Positions 57,358 to 64,000 of a DNA stretch of 64,000 nucleotides are shown piece after piece. The notes beneath the pieces are model-generated. The model did not search any database. It had not been told where the DNA came from and saw only the letters and a program-made list of their open reading frames with translations. The DNA is from Rotaria socialis (taxonomy: Eukaryota), in contig CAJNYD010000017.1 of the NCBI GenBank assembly GCA_905331295.1, forward strand, positions 62,001 to 126,000. The letters are read 5' to 3'. The translations under genes and the position numbers were made by a program. How positions within the stretch are numbered: position 1 is the first letter of the stretch; each line of letters begins with the position of its first letter.

Positions 57358-58669
57358 ACTAGCGATGGCGATTAATGTAAACTTTCTATGACAAAAGAAT
57401 GATTCGGTGGATGTTATGATCAATCAAACTCACCACTATGCTCAATGACTGGGAGAATTTTAATTGAATAGACGAATTAGATAACCTTACGAGAAGTCTC
57501 TCTAAAAGCTTTCTTAAATTCATACACTCAAATCAACTTTTAACGATACTAATAAGACTCCTATTGTTGTCCTCTCAACTAATCCAAGCGAACCTAAAGA
57601 CGACGACATCAATCTATAGAGAAACTCGAGTCTTAATTCAAGTCTTCTACTTAATCCTATATTTCATCTTATTTTATTGTATATGTCAACATATAGTTTT
57701 ATGTTAAAGGCGAAATAGTTCTATCATTACTCGTGCAAAAAAAGGATATCGTATACTTAGCAATAGAATAGTAAGACGAAGAAAAAGCTATTTACGTTAC
57801 TGTAAATATCCTTTACGATTTATGTATTCCTATTTTGTTACTATGAATAAAAATTTGCTGCTATCAGAAGCAAAAACAAATTATGGTATTTGTTAAATAT
57901 TCAGAAAGTAATTTGATTTCTAACATCCAACATTAATCAAGGGAACAACAAATCTAATAAGTAGATTTCTCTTCTTTTCAAGACTGCAACATATATTCTT
58001 ATCTCACTTTCGCGTCTTTTTATTCAGCATAATATAATTATTTATGTTATTTCTTCTTTTTTATTCTTATCTATTATAAGCAAAAAAACGAAGAAAAAGA
58101 CAGAAAACGCCTTCGAAGAATGATTCAAGCTGATTGTGATTATTCTTATATTTTACTCATTTTCATTGATGATCATCAAATATGAATCACAATAGACGTC
58201 ACAGTTTGAAACCATATGACACTTATATAAATCCTTGTGTTCTAGTACGTTCTTTTTTTTTACATTTGATTGCACTACGACCTCCTTAAACCTTACAACT
58301 GGTTCGATAAGTATAAAAAATAAATCGAAAAAAGAAAAGAAAATTTTTTTTTTTTATGTCAAATGAAATCATTTGAAAGGAAGAACGATTATTGATGGTC
58401 GAAATAAATTGAATAAAAAGAAAAGCGTATCAAGAACTATTAAATTAGTTTACGAATCGACTCATGATGAATCAAAAGAGATTACAAACAAGCGGCGATC
58501 TTTGTTCGTGCTTATCCTCACCGATGCATACTCATGAATAATAAAAAAACTCTCGCGAAATAGTTAAAAGCTACGTTGAGACCATTAATATATGCTACTG
58601 TAGTAATAAGGACAAACTTTGAAGATGAAATAAGATCAACAGATCTTGTAAATATGTATATACACCCAC

Positions 58670-58939
58670 CGAGTGTCGACCATTTTCATTATTGGGCATT
58701 GTTGTAATCGATGTTAAATCGTTCTCTGATTCTTCTGATTGTATGGAGCTTGGTGCGTCACGTCCATCGAGGCTCAACACTGGTAAAATACTATGCGATT
58801 TATTTTGAGGAAGAGGCGCTATTTGTGAAACGCTTGGAACATTAGGAAAATGTTTTGTTTCACTTGATGTACTGAGTGATGGTGTCGGGTTTTTTGCTGG
58901 CTTTCGCTTGTTCTTACTTGAACTTTTGAATCCAAACAT
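58670..58939 (-). CDS. Orphan ATG-initiated coding exon D, candidate distal AHCYL first exon
   Basis: MFGFKSSSKNKRKP... 90 codons to donor GTGGGT (phase 0), with a weaker phase-1 GT 4 nt further on. Same strand as AHCYL, no other partner exons seen. Confidence 0.45.
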
Positions 58940-59492
58940 ATTGATTGTTTAAACTGAAATTGATTTGCTTTTTTCTGATATTTCTACAATATTAATGAAC
59001 AGGCTTGTGGATTCGACATTTTTTGACTTGTATGATCATCATCACAATCCTATATATATATATATATATGCTTCTAACACAAACAAGCAGACGTAGAACA
59101 TAGACACACGCGTTCGCTATGTCAACTCTTCTCGTTCTTGTTCTCCTCTCTATTTTCTGTGCTTTTGGTTTAGAACTGTCTGCTCAGCATGTATCATCAA
59201 ACAGCGGACGAAAGCACGGCCGGCCGCTTTCTTGCTCGATGGGGACGAACGAGAAAAAAGAGAGAGAAATTGAGAGCGATAGAAAAGAACAAGAGAAATG
59301 TCGACATGAGGTCGTGTAAGAACTGCAAAGAGAGAGCGAGAGGAAAAAGACAGAACACACAACATACAGAGAACAATAGCTAAACGTTACGAGCATCATA
59401 GCTAAAATGGACCAAATCAATAGAATTTTATTCGCCGAACGGCTATTGCCTTGGTGTAGACTTTTTTTTACAAGTGCATATTTTCTTCATAA

Positions 59493-59618
59493 GACCCCAA
59501 ACAGACCAAAAAAATAAAACAGAATTAAGCAACGTGATTGGTTAATTCACACTTAGGTCATCTTTTTGAGACGATTTAGTGGTTAATTCTGTTTTATCTT
59601 TTTGGTCTGTTTGGGGCC
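59493..59618. mobile_element. Tourist-like (PIF/Harbinger) MITE
   Basis: ~38-bp TIRs GACCCCAAACAGACCAAAAAAATAAAACAGAATTAA / TTAATTCTGTTTTATCTTTTTGGTCTGTTTGGGGCC, flanked by TAA on both sides (59490-59492, 59619-59621). Confidence 0.85.
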
Positions 59619-59936
59619 TAACTGTTGTTTCGATTATTTAAAACTCATCATTTAAAAAAACAGCTGCACATTTCATTGAAATTCAATGTATAAAATAAAA
59701 CAAATATAATCAACTGTCATGCGTGTATGTGCACAGCTGATAAGACAACTTAAAAAAAGAGAACATATATGCATGCTTCGCCCTGACAGGTCGAGCAAAT
59801 ATTAAAACGAGAATAAACCAAAAAAAGGAAATCATCTGATGAAATAATTTCACGTTTGACGTATAACTTGCAACGTGAATAACAAGAATGAATAAAAATG
59901 AAAAAGATGAATAAGAAACACTGAATACTATTTTAC

Positions 59937-60146
59937 CTCAGTTAAGGAAGTTTGTTTTGCTATTGTTTTTCGAGTTGATACTGCTTTTGTTGAATGTCTT
60001 GTTGGTGCCCGACGACGTATTTTAGCCAGTTCATTGTCTCCGTCGTGTTTCCTATCGATATCATTATTATCTTCTGAAACCAATCGTTGAAATTCAGTCA
60101 TAGGTTGAGAAATTGGTTCGACGTCTTCGGATTGTAATTGATTCAT
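59937..60146 (-). CDS. Orphan ATG-initiated coding exon E, candidate distal AHCYL first exon
   Basis: Pyrimidine tract + TATAG|AACA-ATG 60146, then MNQLQSEDV...RRRAPTRHST...TSLTE, 70 codons to donor GAG|GTAAAA (phase 0). Confidence 0.45.
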
Positions 60147-63100
60147 TGTTCTATAACAAAGTAAAAAAGCAAAAATAATAAAAAACAAGTTCTCTGAAAA
60201 ATAGAAAAAACACAAATCAATTTCCTCGCAATAAAATATTTTGTTTTATAGGCAAATAAAATTAGTCTTGCGAATATTGAGTAGCCTTGCGGTATATGTT
60301 TTTGTGAGAGACGGATAAACGCTTATTTAACGACTAGAATATGAAAGAAAAACAAAGCAAACGAGCAAAAAAACTGGTTTACTTAAGCATCGTAGGAAAA
60401 ACAGCATTTTTTTCAAGCTTGGCTAATGAGAACAAATATAATACTAAGAGAAAGTATCATAGTCCATTGATGATGCCGATGGGCTTTTCTTCATAAAATC
60501 AGAACACTTAAATACACTGAATTTACTTATATTTCCCAAAAGCAACATTATTTCGATGACTATATATCTCAGCAGCTTTACTACGATATGACCCTATTAG
60601 AAAACGACAGGTCGCTAGTGTGTAAACCACTAGAAAAGAAAAATTAGAACGCTATGAGCGATAGAAATAAAACAATAGCGTGGGAGCCTAACCTATGAAA
60701 CATGCAACTTTAGCAGAAAAAATAATCTAGTAAATAGCAACAGCAGAAGCATCCTTTTTTTGATCGTGAAGTTCTTAATTAAGCTAGATTTATTTGAAAG
60801 ATGGATTTTCTTTTCTTTTTCATGTAACCTTATCGAAGTCTGCCAATGATATATTGTAAGCATAGCGCAGATGGGGAAAAAATAGAGTGCAAATAACAAA
60901 AAATATATATATTTATATGTTTGTAGTCCTATTTATCAAAGTCGCACATGTAAATGATTTTTCATCCAAGTATTCGTCTTATGGTGCTGAAGAAGCCAAA
61001 GAAAAGAGTCCAGTTTTAACTAGACTCATTTCATCTTCGTCCAATTTTCCTACAAAAGTGATAGCAATTACTTTGATGATGATGTTTTTGTTTCGTTTTA
61101 ATTTTTTTCTCTTTTACAAATTAATGAATATGTTTTACCTCGTTGATTGCACTCCCGAAAAAAGGTAACTACAGCTTGTTCGACTAGTCGACTATGAGCA
61201 TGAATAGTATTATTCTGATTGCTATTTATATCCATCATTTCGTCCACTGGAAATTTTCGTATAGAAAAAAAAGAGGAATATCTTACGTAAAATTAAAAAA
61301 TATATAAAGTGTAATTCATCGTACGTTCACTTGAAAGCGTATTCGCATCATATGCTGTTGAACTTCTGCTTTTATTATCTAGATTGAAGAAGAAGAAGAA
61401 AACAAAATAACTATTTAGTCATTACGACAGTTTTATTTTAATGGCTACCTGCAGAAAAATTTCGAGCGACAAGTAATTGTGCAGTCATACGTTGAGCCCG
61501 ATCAGTTTTTATTAAAGCAAATAAGCGTGCATGTAAATCCTGAATAGAAATAAAGTCCACTTTATATTTATTTTGCAAATATATGTTTCCGAAAAATATG
61601 TTGATTTGTTCGATGCAAGAAAAATATGCTACAGTTACCAATTAAATGTTCTTTTTTTATCAGGAAAAATAACTTGCAATAAACAAATACTTTAACAGCA
61701 AATATGTTGTTTTTTTTTGTATATAAAAACTCGTCGATCATCATTTATATTAGACAGATGATAGTTATACATAAAAAGACATTCGTAGCAATAATAAAAA
61801 AAGAGAAAATCTAGGCAAGTCATGAATTTCAAATGAATTCATTTTATTAATAAAAAAATTTGACATATGATCACAATGATCTACCTAAACCTTCAAACCA
61901 GACGGTAAAATAAACAAAGCTTGCAAAAGTCTGAATCGCTAAGTGCCTCGTTCAAATTGCAATACTAAATAAATATTTCATATACAATTAGGATGATAGC
62001 TGAATGCCATAATTAGATGAAGGAAATTTGTTGAAGTCATTATTCGGTATAGATAAAGGCGCTAAGTGTGTTCATTAAAGAGCCTACATTAATTTAAGTG
62101 AAGAACAAAGACAAGAAAACTAAAAGTAGAGTTCATTTAATATTGCAAAGACCGTTCATAGAGACGCCTACTAGTATAGAAAATAATTTCAAAAGCACCG
62201 ATTCTCTTCAAGAAGATTTGTTTTTACTCAAATTTTTATATGTTTTTCGTTATAGACTTGACAATATGTAAGAAGAAAGGTCAAATTTCATATAGGAACA
62301 ATGTTCTTTTGTTTTACTGAAAGTACGATTACTATCTCTCGTTGTTGTTCACTTCAACATAATTATTTTTGTAATACTTCGAATTTCCCACGATACATAT
62401 TTTCGCCTGACACACCACTTAATTCTTATTGTTTTTTTAGCATGAAAATATTTTACTCATAAGTTCATGCTCGCTACTTTTGTCTTTCACTCTGTAAATA
62501 AACTTCTACTACATCAGTCCTTTCATGATTATCAGCGTTTTTCCCTACTGACTGTTATTCAGTTTTAATAAGATGCATCGCGTAGATATCAGTTATCGTC
62601 GTGCATATATATAGTCATGTACGACAACAAAAAACGGATAAAAATGACACAGCTAGAATAATAGATAACGTGTTTTCTCCAATCGTATAGTGTTACTCGG
62701 CTCTGGTACCTTCCGGCCGGAACTCATGGGAAATCTTTCGTTTCCGACAGGAAGATTCCCGGTTAACGGTAGAAACTTCGCTACAGGAATATTAAGCGAC
62801 TAGTTTTATTTGATTTCTACTACAACTGAAAACAATTCGACAATGCAATCTCGTTATTGAATTCTTGCTTTTATGCTACTATTATTTTCCTATGCTATAA
62901 GATTCGTCATGGGAACCATTTATCTGTATTTAGAACATTCATATTTTCCTCCGGCTACTAGAATGACGTTGTCATTTGACACAGATTCCTTTGCAAATCA
63001 ATACTAAGAGTTTGGTGCCATTAACGATCAGACATATCATATCATGTTTCTGTTACACTGCATTCTGGCTATCGCATTCTATGTCTTCTAAAGACTTCGA

Positions 63101-64000
63101 AAATCGAGATTAGAAGCCTAGTTTCTGTATTACTACTAAGTCAAAATCCACTGTGTAACATGTTGAAATCAGTTAGCGCGATGAGCTCTACGCAAGTAAG
63201 AAATGCACTCCAACATTCTACCAGCATGAACTGCACTGCGAACTAATGATGTCAACAAAGAAACATGATGATAGAGACCAAATATTGTCTGTCATAAAAT
63301 GAAGTAACAACAACTGACAATACGATTACTCAATCAACACATCTGGTTGCAATGAAAATCTTATCAAATTAATGGACTCCATATTTCAAACACATGTTGA
63401 CAAGATTCGATTAGCTCTTTTGTCTTCGAACTATGTTCATCAGATCGAATTTAGATTGTGCATTAATGAAAAAACATCTGAACTTTGTTCTGATTAAATT
63501 TTCCTATTTGACAAAAAAGAATCCGATTTATTTTTCTCATACACTCATCCTATTCTATTCGAACGCACTAATGAAAAAAATATTTTAGTTGTAATCAAAT
63601 ATTGTTTTCTTTTACCCCATTCGTATTTGGTAACATAAAAATAAGTTGTTCTTTGACTGTATATGATTTTGGTTCATCATCTAATTCTAGAAAGAAAAAA
63701 GAAATTTGACTAAATTAATTATTTTCTCCCAAGATTTCAAACCCAAAATAATTCGTGTAACAAATTCTTCCGTTAATATAAGAATATTTTGATCGATTGC
63801 AGCAACAAATCTATCAAATGGCATAACACGATATGATAAATCAAGTAATGTTCGTTGAAGTTCTAACAGACCAACAAAGAAACCAAGAACGATTTATTAG
63901 AAGAAAAAACAATCATCTACCTTCGGTCGGTGAAAAACCAAGTTCATCCATAGCTAAATATAACTTTTCAATTACTACCAAAAGTGGTCTATATTTTCCC

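Noticed and set aside
62690..63960. GC-richer patch and possible decayed coding relic at the window end
   Set aside because: No definable termini, ORF or motif.

Overview
AT-rich eukaryotic (metazoan) genomic DNA with short GT-AG introns. Composition, compact gene structure and a bacterial-type gene among animal genes suggest a bdelloid rotifer (inference). Genes in order: a decayed, intronless, bacterial-type DUF427 pseudogene (-), MRPL53 (-), Enhancer of Polycomb (+), Akirin (-), class II PI3-kinase (+), WDR45/WIPI4 (+) with a Six4/5 homeobox gene nested antisense in its 4.2-kb intron, a CDKL5-like kinase (+), TEX9 (+), ARL2 (-) and AHCYL/IRBIT (-). Highlights: (1) the IRBIT locus has three phase-matched alternative first coding exons, plus two distal candidates, and two of the three carry a duplicated RRxSVQF(I/L)DK PP1-docking/PKA-like motif; (2) three co-oriented gene pairs lie only 250-360 bp apart, each downstream gene preceded by a splice-acceptor-like AG, suggesting SL trans-spliced operons; (3) a ~970-bp foldback element carries two hairpins of telomere-like TGTGGG/TGAGGG hexamers. 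Several small non-autonomous DNA elements are also present. All gene calls come from manual translation and recalled family motifs; no database search was run.
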